Shown here: positions 14,201-25,300 of the stretch, piece after piece | Numbering within the stretch: the first letter of the stretch is position 1 | Layout of the letters: each line of letters starts with the position of its first letter | Source of the DNA: Haliotis cracherodii | Lineage: Eukaryota | Assembly (NCBI RefSeq): GCF_022045235.1 | Contig: NW_027266308.1 | Coordinates: forward strand, 62,186,001 to 62,250,000 | Length of the DNA stretch: 64,000 nucleotides | Reading direction: 5' to 3' | The notes under the pieces: model-generated | Database searches by the model: none | Seen by the model: only the letters and a program-made list of their open reading frames with translations | What the model was told of the DNA's origin: nothing | Translations under genes and position numbers: made by a program

Positions 14201-17200
14201 TGGAAACTCGGCCAACCAATTATTATATCCTCTTTAAACTCGCAAGACCAACAGTGAAAGAACAAGTCTCACAGAGGAATCCTAGATGACGTGCATTGCA
14301 GTAACACCTTGGATAACAGCTGATTAGTGACATACAGATCTTATCAATCTGAGCAGCTTCTATTCAGGTGAACCAGCAATGAAAGAGCAAGTCCCACAGA
14401 GGAACATCCTACATTGAAGCTACAACTCTTTCAAACGTAGCTACATGCACTAGACAACTTTCCTTTATAATTGTTTCCAAACAACCTTCCATGATGGTGT
14501 ACAGTCAACCAGTCTGTACATGCATGGTGTACCCTCAACCACATTTAACCACCAATCACTGTCTTGGTTAGCTCTAGTCTTTAAAGTGAGTGAGTGAGTT
14601 GGGTTTAACGCCGATTTCAACAGTATTCCAGTCATATCACGGCGTGTCAGCTTAATGTGGGAGGAAAACCCGAAGTGATGCAGGTCTCAGACGTTTACCA
14701 CTTCGGTGAAACCCACGAGCACGGGTATGGTGCTGACAAACCTAGAAACATAATTGGGGCGAACCGGGATTCGAACCCACAATCATAGGTTTCTGGCATG
14801 CCTAAGGGACGCAACTCTGCACAGCGAATCGCGGCGCCTTAGACGACTGGGCCACCCATGCCCCTCTAGTCTTTAAAAGCTCCACGGTGCACTCACATAT
14901 TGGTAGAGCTGGATGAGGTTGCAGGCGACGCTGATGTCAGCCTGGGAGATCCTCTCACCGACGAGGTATGTGCGAGTCAGAAGAACATTGTTCAACACTT
15001 CAAGGGCTGTGCGGATCTGCTCCTTTGCTCTCTCTGTGTCCTGGCAAGAGATGTTGCATTTGATTACAATAACAACAACCATAAAAAGGAAACAATATGA
15101 TAGAGTAAGTTGGCAACAAACATTCTTTCATGAATTATACATCTCTTACCAAGAAAATAGTTTCTCTTTTCATGTTTCCAACACAGAATGGTGTACATTT
15201 CACCACAAACAAAAAAGCAAGGGACTTAACTCAATAGGAAGACAACAAAAAGTCAAGTCCCCTTGCTTAGTCTTATTACAATATCCTAGTTTTGCAGTTA
15301 TAATGTGCAAATTCAGATCTTAGGAAAAAAAGGAGAGCACCCACTCTGCAGAAGGGGACTGGTCCACCACCCACCTGTTTGTTGTACTGAACAATGCCGA
15401 GACAAGGGAATACCCAGGTACAAGCGGCTGGAAGGATCTCATTGTCTGCAAAGCAGGTCCACTGCTGCACCTGGGCGGCGGCCTCGGGGCTGCTCCCTCT
15501 CAGCTGGTTGTTACCCACTGAAACATGGAACACACACAATCATGCTTTTCGTCCAAAATCTATTCATGCTTAAGGCAACACAGTTGGCAATGAAATGTAG
15601 TCAAGCGGGTTGTTACAAATGCAATAACCTCAGAATGGTCACATCCAACTAGTCACCGGCTATTTGCAGACTTGTGGTTTATGTAAAGTACTGTAAATCG
15701 TGAAATTAATGCGTCTTCAAAAGAATGTGACCACTGGCCCCTTGCCAAAAATGTGACTCAATTATGTCAATATGAATGTAACACCCCCCTCCTCTCAAGC
15801 ATCAGTGGATTTCTATCTAAAGAAAATGTCCTCTGTCAGGTTTAAAGGAGAATCCACACATTAATCCAATCATACACCAAATAGCACCACTTATTAGGGC
15901 TGAGTAGAGTACTTCCACTAATACAATACATGCGTGCTGGCTCGTGTCGGCCTTTGACGCAGTCGTAATGACACCTAAGATCTTATTAGCATTAATAATA
16001 AAATGTATTGGTTATCATGGTTATGTTTTCACAGGTTTATATCAGAAAAACACTTCATATTATGTATAGATAAATCCGGCTACTAATAAAACCAGTTGGT
16101 GCTACAGGTTTTTCACTTGGGAGCCAAATGGCACCCAAGGGAAAAAGTTAACCAAGAAGGCTTGTCATGAAAGATACTTACCATATTGAGCAATAGCATT
16201 GCTCTCAAACAAGTTTAATCCATTCTTTGACTGGAATGCTGGGACCTGGAAAAACAAGGTTGACAGAATATGAAAACATTTGTAAGCAGCTGTAAAACAA
16301 TAACACGAAAGGTTGCCACATGCCTGGAGTGGTAGTGGCTATGATTTAAAAAAAATGTTTGTTTGTTATTTATTGCAGTCTGCAAATAATCATTCTGAAC
16401 CAGACAATCCAGTGATTAACTTCATGAGCATCGATCCACGCAATTAAGATGATGACCTGCATTAACCAAGTCAGCGAGCTGGACCACCCGATCCCGTTAG
16501 TCGCCTTTTACTGCAAGAATGGGTTGTTGAAGACCTATTTAACCCCAGATCTTCTCACGGGTTTAACAAATGTACCGGTAGTGCAATCAACATTTTACAT
16601 GTTATGTAACACAGGTGCTTCTGCTGGATACAGATAGTATGCTGTGCAATCTAATATGTAATATAACCATTTGCCCATTTGATAGAAAAATAGTTCATTA
16701 CAAATTTAAAAAATAAAACTAATTTCATGACCCACAGGTGATTTGAAGTTGGTCTAATTGTACACACATTGAACATGTTGAACACAATGTCCCTTAATAC
16801 TACAAATTACTAAGGCTTTGTCCTAATATGATTTACTGCCTGGACTGGTTTGTAGGAGAAATGTTATGCAAACAGTTGACACTACACCTTCGCAGCCAAT
16901 TTCATGATGCAGTGTTAGACAGGCAAGAATATGATTATATATAGTTACAAGAACCTTCAAATCCTGCTAATCTCTTTATGTTCCTCCAGGTCTTACACTT
17001 GGGTCACAGAAGTACACAAGTGCCTTTGAAGGAGGGTGTTTCGTGGCTGACTCAGGCTAAATACTCATGCAACTGTCACGTAATACCACCTACATAATAC
17101 CATGGTTAGAAACAAACAGTTTTTGTCCACTAGTCCTTATAATGATAACATATAGCAAAACCCTTAAAATGGGCCAATTTCTACTAGTCCTTAGGATACC

Positions 17201-19246
17201 TTTACTATTGGGCAGTTTGGTAAGGACTACAGGACTAGTGCCAATTTCTTACGCTGAATACAACTGAACTGTCAGTCATTTCACCAGCAGAGGGTGGAGC
17301 TTGCTACCAGTTGTGGGCCAGTCAACAGTTTGGTCTTAAGTGTACATAAAATAGTTTGCATGTCTGTCCTTTTCCGTACTACCCAGTAAACACAGGTTAT
17401 TTCTTTGTTAATCTTTCCATTCCAACCTTTTAGCATTGTATAAAATAATATCAAGATAAATATACATTTCTTATCAATTCATGCACCATAACACTAAGGT
17501 TAAGTGGGGTTCTAAAAAAGATGAAGCCATTAAATAAATTTGTCTGATAATCATAATAAAGTGTCCTTGTGTCAGTGCACAAACAAACGATATCAACACA
17601 AGTTCCTAGTTGACTATCACTAAAGTCATCATGATCTTTAATGTTTTGAATTGACTAGAGAAAAACTATGCATTGTTATTAATATAAATCAGACATGTTG
17701 ATGTTGGACCCATCAGCTTCCTGCGAGCAGCAGCTGGCAAGGTATGACACGTCCTCCAGTATATATCCTCCAGCACTTACATTCACATCACAAACGTACA
17801 TGAATGCCTTTGTAGAGGAATATTAACATGCAGGAAAAACAGAAGGCACTTGTCTGAAATAGTCCTCCCACGTCTACGAGGTTAAACATATTCTAATAGT
17901 TGACAGTTTGCCCAGATACTCTATATATACAGGATATAATTTATGGGCAAGAGTTAAAAAACACAAACTCTAGTAAGCTGTATCTGCCTTTAACCCGTCA
18001 TCAGCAAGACCTTATTTTCAATTAATTGGATAATGAAAACAACTGTCCAAAATTCAAACATGTTAGAAAAAGCACTACAAAAATACAATATTTCCAAATA
18101 AACTTCCTTTAATATTGTTTAACAACTATCAATGAACAAAAAGAAATAGACCAACTTCAACTTGGCAGGTCTTAGTGCGTCGGTAGCATTCTAGTTGAGT
18201 TTCATAAAATCCTGTCATCTTTGTACTCTCACAAACGTGCAAATGTTAATTGTGTTGATCAGGGTATTGATGGTTAAGTCCAAAGTGTGTCGTTTCCCTG
18301 GGCTGTCCTGTATATGAATAGAGACAAGTCACTAGAGTGGCCGTGTGTTGTAATAACTTTCCTCTGCACCATGTGTAATCATTTACCGTATTGTGAAATG
18401 CTGAACATACATCTTGACACTGTGTCCCTAAATACCATAATTAATGACTGACTGGACTATTTTAGTACTCATATATTCAAAGTACTGTAGGAGAAATATT
18501 GTTAGACTGGCAAGAATATGGTTACATGTTGTCAAGAACCTTCAAATCCTGCTAATCTCTTTTTGTTCCTCCATGTCTTACACTTGTGTCACAGAAGTAC
18601 ACGAGTGCCTTTGAAGGAGGGTGTAACTTTATTATGTTGTACTTTGTCCCCCTCACCACCCAGATATATGTTGATTACCAACTGATCACTATTAACACAT
18701 CCTCTCACGATTTCCATTTGACCAAAACTGACCAAAGAATGGCATGGGTGTCTATCATCAAGTGAAGGACAACCGTTGCCGGTACAATTTCTTTATTTCA
18801 TTTGCCTGTCGAACGTGCTGTGGACAGTGGACAGTTGACTAACCCCAAATGTCAGGTTACTTCCAATTCCTGGTCCTCGGATAGTAGTGACCGTATCAAG
18901 TCTGACTGGTAGTCTGTATCCTTAGTTATCACGAGATTGTGCATTTTCATACCTTTCCCAGTGGGAACTTGCTAAGAAAGTCGCTGGATTTATTTGTTTC
19001 TCCGAGTTTAAACCCGTCGGCAACTTTCACGTCAGCACCACTGTACTGAGCGGCTACAAGAATCTTGTAGGCTCTGAAGTTTCCTGCGTATGTGTATAGA
19101 GTCTGGAATGAAAATAAAGATATTTAATGGAAAAGTCACTATTCGAGAGTATAATTTTACTTCAAACCAAGCGCAAAACTCGCAGATTATCGAGATTTCA
19201 GACTGATTGAGCTCGTGAAAAGCAGAAGACTCACGCCGGCCGCCAT
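8266..19246 (-). CDS. EEF1G: Eukaryotic translation elongation factor 1-gamma (eEF1B-gamma), 11 coding exons, ~421 aa
   Basis: Exons: 19235-19246 (MAAG), 18953-19102 ([22 protein letters not shown]...FPLGK), 16182-16245 (VPAFQ...[10 protein letters not shown]), 15375-15517, 14897-15040, 13883-14012 ([14 protein letters not shown]), 12785-12900 (Lys-rich linker), 12437-12492 (KDPFAQFPK), 10316-10488 ([13 protein letters not shown]), 9358-9482 (GMFQRLDK...GIWFWRG), 8266-8418 ([12 protein letters not shown]...NQGKIFK*). All introns GT-AG with consistent phase. GST-like N-terminus plus EF1G C-domain. AATAAA at 8185-8190. Confidence 0.98.
9699..9915. repeat. 21-25-bp minisatellite in EEF1G intron 9
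   Basis: About 9 copies of CCTGTAGGATTTGTTAACATG. Confidence 0.9.
10783..10826 (-). ncRNA. Minimal type I hammerhead ribozyme-like motif (Penelope-like element remnant)
   Basis: TGGC-CTGATGA-CTCATACATGGTACGAGTT-GAAA-GCGC-TA-GCCA: stem I, core, stem II, palindromic loop III and UA cleavage site. The base of stem II is imperfect. Confidence 0.65.
12035..12157 (-). ncRNA. Candidate box H/ACA snoRNA family A, copy in EEF1G intron 8
   Basis: Same fold. Compensatory change TTCC/GGAA to GTCC/GGAC in the upper stem of the 3' hairpin. Confidence 0.8.
13444..13566 (-). ncRNA. Candidate box H/ACA snoRNA family A, copy in EEF1G intron 6
   Basis: Near-identical to the intron 5 copy; H and ACA boxes intact. 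Confidence 0.8.
14159..14281 (-). ncRNA. Candidate box H/ACA snoRNA family A, copy in EEF1G intron 5
   Basis: Sense strand of host: hairpin (ATTCCTCT...AGAGGAT), H box ATAATA/ATATAA, hairpin (TTGGTTGG...CCATCCAA), ACA+3 nt. Conserved in three different introns. Confidence 0.8.
14586..14864 (-). mobile_element. tRNA-Leu-like SINE family C (~280 bp). Other copies: 5577-5860, 47043-47308, 44370-44590; partial 13005-13165, 36427-36660
   Basis: GTGGCCCAGTCGTCTAAGGCG A-box region, GGTTCGAATCC B box, (ACTC)n tail, 13-bp TSD TCTAGTCTTTAAA. Confidence 0.88.
16910..17037 (-). ncRNA. Candidate box H/ACA snoRNA family B (SNORA25-like guide), copy 1 in EEF1G intron 2
   Basis: CCTCC-TTCAAAG-stem-AAGAC-GGAGG hairpin, H box ACATAA, second hairpin, ACA+3 nt. 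Confidence 0.72.
17699..17821 (-). ncRNA. Divergent H/ACA-like RNA sharing the family B 5' pocket
   Basis: TCCTCT-ACAAAGG-stem-TAAG..GGAGGA hairpin and a second hairpin GGAC...GTCC followed by ACA. The hinge ATATATAC is not a canonical ANANNA. Confidence 0.4.
18497..18624 (-). ncRNA. Candidate box H/ACA snoRNA family B, copy 2 in EEF1G intron 2
   Basis: Paralogue of 16910-17037 with H box ACAAAA and ACA+3 nt. Differences fall mostly in loops and upper stems. Confidence 0.72.
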
Positions 19247-19389
19247 GTCATCGATTCAAAGGAAGTGACGTACCGGGGTTTTCCAGATTATGCGCAAAGA
19301 GTAATGAAATTGCTGAGTGCCCGGATGACATTCGGCGACGAAGTAGATATTAGTGACACTATATATTTGGGGGTCTTCGATCTATTAAT
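19247..19389. promoter_or_regulatory. Compact bidirectional promoter/5'UTR region, EEF1G <-> calcineurin B, with TCT/5'TOP start and ETS-CRE-like motif
   Basis: Only 143 nt between the two ATGs. CTTCCTTT pyrimidine tract on minus (19258-19265) just upstream of the EEF1G ATG; GGAAGTGACGT at 19261-19271; CpG-rich. Confidence 0.7.
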
Positions 19390-22300
19390 ATGGTACGTAT
19401 ATGCATATATTTTCCCGATTGAGCGTAGCGTTCGAATGAGTAGTGATTCTAATGTTTTTATTTAATACCATACCGACTGGGAAAAGCGAAATCATATCAA
19501 GAGCCGGTCGAATACAGTTTGGATAATGGATCGTGAATGCAGTTCTCTTTGCTGCCAATGGGCAGTAGTCAATGCCATAAGCATCTGTGGTACTATCATA
19601 TACTATGGAATATTTGAGATTATCGGTTTGATCTTTATTACGTGGTAGCATATTAATATGAGAATTAATAACTCCCATGTGCTACACAGAACCAATATGA
19701 TGTCCGACACAGGTTTTATTCCGACACAATTAGCACTAGTCTAGTGGGAGCTCATTTAGCCTCTAGCCTACATGTTCAAGTCTGCTTGTGATCGTATCTT
19801 CAGTTTCTGTTAAACAAATGGCAGGGGACACAATCGACCAAGAACAAGTCTTGATAATACTAGCTCCACCTGAGTATCACAATACTGTCGATTTATTCCC
19901 AGGGTTTTGTAGAAATTCACTCGAAAATGTGTATTTATTTGTCAGTGATGCTCATTATATTACATGTCTATAGTGGACCTAAACATATATTAGTCTAATT
20001 ATAACTCTTCTTTGTGTCCTGAAGGTATATTTGTAATTTATCTCATTGAAATGCATTAAATATCACTGTTGAACTCCTTAAATTGACTCAAATACAGTGT
20101 GGCTAATTGATGAAACTTTTAACAAATGTCAAGCATTAAAATAATGATATTTTAAAATTGTTGATTTTTCTTTACAATCTCTCTTACCGCAGCAGGTAAT
20201 GCTACGAAAATCTCTGCCTTCACATTGACATGAAAACATTGCTGAGAATAAGTAGGAACAGGGTATTATATGGACACAGAAAAAATTGAACTGAAGAGAT
20301 ATGGACAATTACTTCTTTTGATATAGTGTACAATGATTATGCACTTAATTAAACAACTTTCCTTGAATTGGGATTCTCATTATGTCCTGGTTCAAACACA
20401 CCTTCCCATCGGACATAATCTTTCTTTAATGTGGTGCCAGTGATATGGAAAAATGTAGAACATAATGTAAACCATGCAGTCTAGGATGAAACATGAATCA
20501 TCATTATAATAATTTTCTGGTTCTTTTTCAGGGAAATGAAAACAGTTTGCCAATGGAGCTTTGCTCCAACTGTAAGTATATTCAGTGAAGTGTCGGAACG
20601 AAATATGTTTTTCACTTCTGCAATACATTGCCACAGGATTGGTTCCTGCATCCGACATATGCCAAAGGTCTAAGAGCATAGCTCAGTCTACAGTTTTTCA
20701 GGGTTACTCGTGATGAAGGAATTCTGCATATATGACACAAATTCCTTCCTAAATACTCCTTATTACATTTTCAGCGAGTTATTTGAAGCAACATATTTTA
20801 TCTGTCAGTACAACTTCAGTCAAACACAACCAGTCTGCGACTTCAGCCAATGCTGCGAAGCCTGAGTGTAGTTAAATTTTTTTCAGTCTGTTAATGGTCT
20901 AATAATAACATAAAACAATGCTTTAAGCTAAGTTTGAGCTACTGGACTCAAAAGATGGCACAGACTGCTCATCAAATGGTCTGTAATAGAAATTGTTTTA
21001 GTTATAACATCCTTTATAACATTCATCGTACGGTGGGGTAGCCTAGTGGTTAAAGGGTTCGCCTGTCACATCTGATGACCCAGGTTTGATTCCCCACATG
21101 GGTACAATGTGTGAACACATGGTGAAGCCCATTTCTGGTGTCCCCCAATATTACTGGAATATTGCTAAACACAGCATAAAACCATATTTACTCACTATAA
21201 CATTCATCAGATTTTAAGTTTTCGTTGATATCTTATGAGGTAAAATTCTGAACTCAAGCAAGACTCTCTAAGGTGTGCTGTTGACTGTCAAGTTATGCAT
21301 AGGCTAGTTTAAAGTTGAATCCCAGGGCGTTTTCTAGTGTTTACAGTATTTCTAAGCTGTGTATACTTTCATATTACCTTAATTTGGTTTGATAAATGAA
21401 ATGATTTTCCAGAGTAAGGTGAGTAATGGCCTCTTGCACTTATGACTATTGGATAGCAACTCTCTATGGTCTCCATGTGGTATTTATCATGCAATAAAAC
21501 AGATTAATTAAACACTGTACTGCACTGTTGTATGCATATGTTATTGCTACAATACAGATTTGTCTGTTTGCAAGTTGCAATTCAGGCCAGGAGATTGAAG
21601 TTAGGAAAGTGTATTTGGTCTACTAAATGATGTTCCCCTTAGAATAGGGTTCACCACTAATTGATATGCATGAATGCAGCTTTGAAAATACATATCATTT
21701 ATCTCTGTGACTAAATTCCAGATTAGATAGCTCCCTAGCAGTAGTAACTGACAGATAGGTGACCATGATTCGGTAGTCAGACTCAGTGACTTGGTTGGCC
21801 ATCATGCCCCGGTGGTGTGGATTGTTGTTCACAATCAATCACTCAGTTATCTTGTGTAAGACATGATTATTTACAGGCAGTCGTCTATAAGCTGAAATAT
21901 TGCTGAGTGATCTTGGAGATCAATACTGTATTTCAAAATCCCATAGGGGGCATTCGGTAGCCTACTGGGTAAGCCCTTTTCTTTGTGTGACCCCCCGTGA
22001 TTTTGCTGGAATATTGCTTAAAGCAGCGTAAAACCATACACACTCACTCACAATCCCATAGGGATAGCCTTCATGCTGATTATGCAAAATATGTGTCACA
22101 ACTGACACCATGTTACCTTTGGTTTGGTTGTGTCATCTCCCTACAGTTGACCTGGACGAAATCAAGAGGCTTGGAAAGCGCTTCCGCAAGCTTGACTTGG
22201 ACAATTCCGGATCTTTGAGCGTGGAGGAGTTCATGTCCCTACCGGAGTTGCAGCAAAACCCACTGGTGCAGAGAGTTATAGATATATTTGACACTGATGG

Positions 22301-25300
22301 AAATGGGGAGGTAGATTTTAAAGGTACAGTGATATTGAGTAACAGACTGTCGATAGGTCTTTCAACAACTGCTTCATCTACAGCTACAAGTGGGGATCTA
22401 GGTTAGAGTAGGTCCCCAGCACACCATTGCTGGTTGTATTATGAGGCAATGTGAGTACTTGTGTGCCATATTGCATGGATTGTTGCACATGCTTTCATGC
22501 ACTGGATTGCCTGGTCCAGACTTTACAAGCAGCAGTGATATAGCTTTACTATTGCTGACTGAGATGTGAAAAACTTTCATTGACTCACCCACACGTGCAG
22601 CTATTTAGCTTACCAGTAACAAAAGTTCATGCCCGGACCTAGAGGTATTCCAGCATTGACTTTGTTCTGATTATGAGCAAACATCCTCCATCTTCCCGAA
22701 GCAATGGAGTTACCTGACAATAAAAGTCCAGTTTCCACCCTTGCCAAACTATTTTGACTGGACATAGTCCATTAACGAAATCAGCACCTGGTTCATTAAC
22801 AGCTGTGAAATTTCGCTCTATTGCAGGATTTGCAAAGCATGTGTTCTGTCAATAAATATTTTCCAAATCTTTTCATGTTTTTAATCAAGGTGATCACATG
22901 ATTTGATACACTTCGTAAAGTAAAAAGTTTTGTTACATTATAGATCTTGATTATTGAACAGATCATCTTCGCTAGGCACTGTCATTTTGTTTGAAGCAAA
23001 TGCAAGTGATATGAGTGTTGGAATCTGATTGGTAAATAGGAGGGACATAGAAGGGACATAATTGGTAATAGCCTATGGTGGTGCTACCATTGAGACCAGA
23101 AATTCCAGCCTAGTTTGGCAAGGGTGGAAACTGGAGTTTTTCAGTCAGTTAACCCCTTTGCCTCTGGAAGGCACAGTTACCACAATCGACTTTAGATATG
23201 TCAACTTCTGTGCTTTGGCATACAGCATGACACAATTTCTAAAAAGTTGTAATTTGAAAATCATATGATCAATGTTAATGATTGGTTGAAGTAAACTCAA
23301 TAAGACTCGGACCATTTGTTAAATCCCAATACAAATAAGTCCTAACTGATCACTGTTTTTTATCCCAAATGATAATTGCAGAAAATCAGTTAATCATCCA
23401 TTTGTTTCATTTCCAGAATTCATCGAAGGTATTTCACAGTTCAGTGTTCGTGGCGACAAGGAGTCCAAGTTAAGATGTATGTGTAAGCATTTTACCTAGA
23501 TGTTCAAGACGACATCATCATGATCACCCCCACCTACTCCCACTAAGCAGTTAACACCTCTTTCCTCATCTGCTACGGCAGATCAGTGACGTACTCTCTG
23601 TGGCTAATCTCATCAGGCAGCGAGGCTGCTGCCCCAGGGCTGTATCTAGGATTCCCCCCAGGATCCCCCCTAACACACTCACACACGTCATCCAGGATGA
23701 TCATTCGCTGCGTCTAACAGTCCTTGGGTAATGGAGGACTAGTGTGACTTTAGTGGCATCTTACCATAGCACAACTCTGCAGTTCAGTGTGGTTTCTTGA
23801 CATATAAATTTGATAACTCTGTGTTTATGGAGCTCTTTATACTCACATTATGCTTCTCTGCAAGTCAGAGCTTGTAAAGTTTTTAAAGAATGATGTTTTA
23901 TGATGATTATACAATGCTTGTTATGTTTCTCTATGATTTTCTTTATTGTTATATGTTATATTTAATTGTAACTGTAAATTTGAAAAGTACAAGAGCTCTG
24001 ATGGTAGTTTTTATCAATAACTGTACAAGTACTAGAGTCGCTAGGGTTAGACAGTGAAATGTGTGGGGAATGATTCAGCACGAAGCGCATGTTATGAGGA
24101 GCAAGATAGGAGAAGGTAACTATGTTCCGGGATGCTGCTGTCCTCACACACATGCTTCATCCTGTCATTCCCCCATGTTGCCCATAGATGCTAAAAAGTG
24201 ACAGGATCTGGGCCCAACTTGCCCAGTATCTTGTCCTTCGAAACCCAAACTGAATCCTAGATACAGCTCTGACAAAAAGGTGTGTGAACTGAAATCAGAA
24301 GGGTATGGTTTTTGTTCATTAGAAATGTGATTAAATGAATTAATGCATCTATAGGATCAGGTAAGAGTTTTAATTAAAGTTCAAAATTTGCATGTTTGTG
24401 CATACATTTTGACCCATCTTTTTACTCTGAAATTTCAAGGTTACCATTTCCAATGCATACAGTGTTATGTGAACTCTGTGACACTCCTTCACTGGACTGC
24501 ACCCTTGTCTCTAGCTTTTGTGCACGCATCTTGCACTCAGAGCCACCTCCCACCCTTTGTATTGAACTGATGATGTTTAACAGTTATTTGCCAGGGAATG
24601 GTCAAATATGAGGCATTGAGTGATTCATGTATGTTTTAACATGCTAAAAACGTTTTAAAATCTCTTGTGAGGAATTGCTGCAAGTTTGGTTCACTTGCTA
24701 TGTGATGGGCCCTTTATGTGACAAATGTCAATGAACTGGTTGGAGACCTAAATGCTTGGGCAGTGAAGGAAGGTATAGCTCGTGTGTGAGCACTGTCACA
24801 GATGTTATATCTGTTAACACATGCTGGGAGAAAAGGAACTATTTCTTTGTTTAGGCCTGTTGGCTAATGTCAGTTGTCAGGTTACATATGACATTTTCTT
24901 TATTTTCATGTTCCTGCTCTTTAAGATATGGTAGTTTTTTTGGTATTTCATTATGTAAATTATTTTCTTGGGTATTACATTGATGATGATTAATTTTTTT
25001 TTGTGTATTTCATTTAAGTTAAATTGCATTTCATTATCATTCTAATTTTTTGTGGGAATGATATCTGAAACCTTTACATCCGATTAGTTTTTCCAAGTTT
25101 CTTCTTACTCTCTATCGACTTACCTTGGTTTTTTTACAGCCTGTTATCACTCATACTAATTACATATGCTGTAAATCTTGAAATTAATGGGTCTCCAAAT
25201 TAACACGAATGCTGACACCTAGCCAAAATGCGGCTCAATACCAATGCGACTCCCCCACCCCATCCCCAGTGGAATGATACATATCCTTCCTTAATCCAAT

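Noticed and set aside
17282-17298. CTCF-like motif CCAGCAGAGGG
   Set aside because: A single short imperfect match cannot be supported without ChIP data.
24040-24053. CTAACCCTA on the minus strand as a telomerase RNA template
   Set aside because: Downstream sequence is AT-rich with no pseudoknot or H/ACA domain visible.
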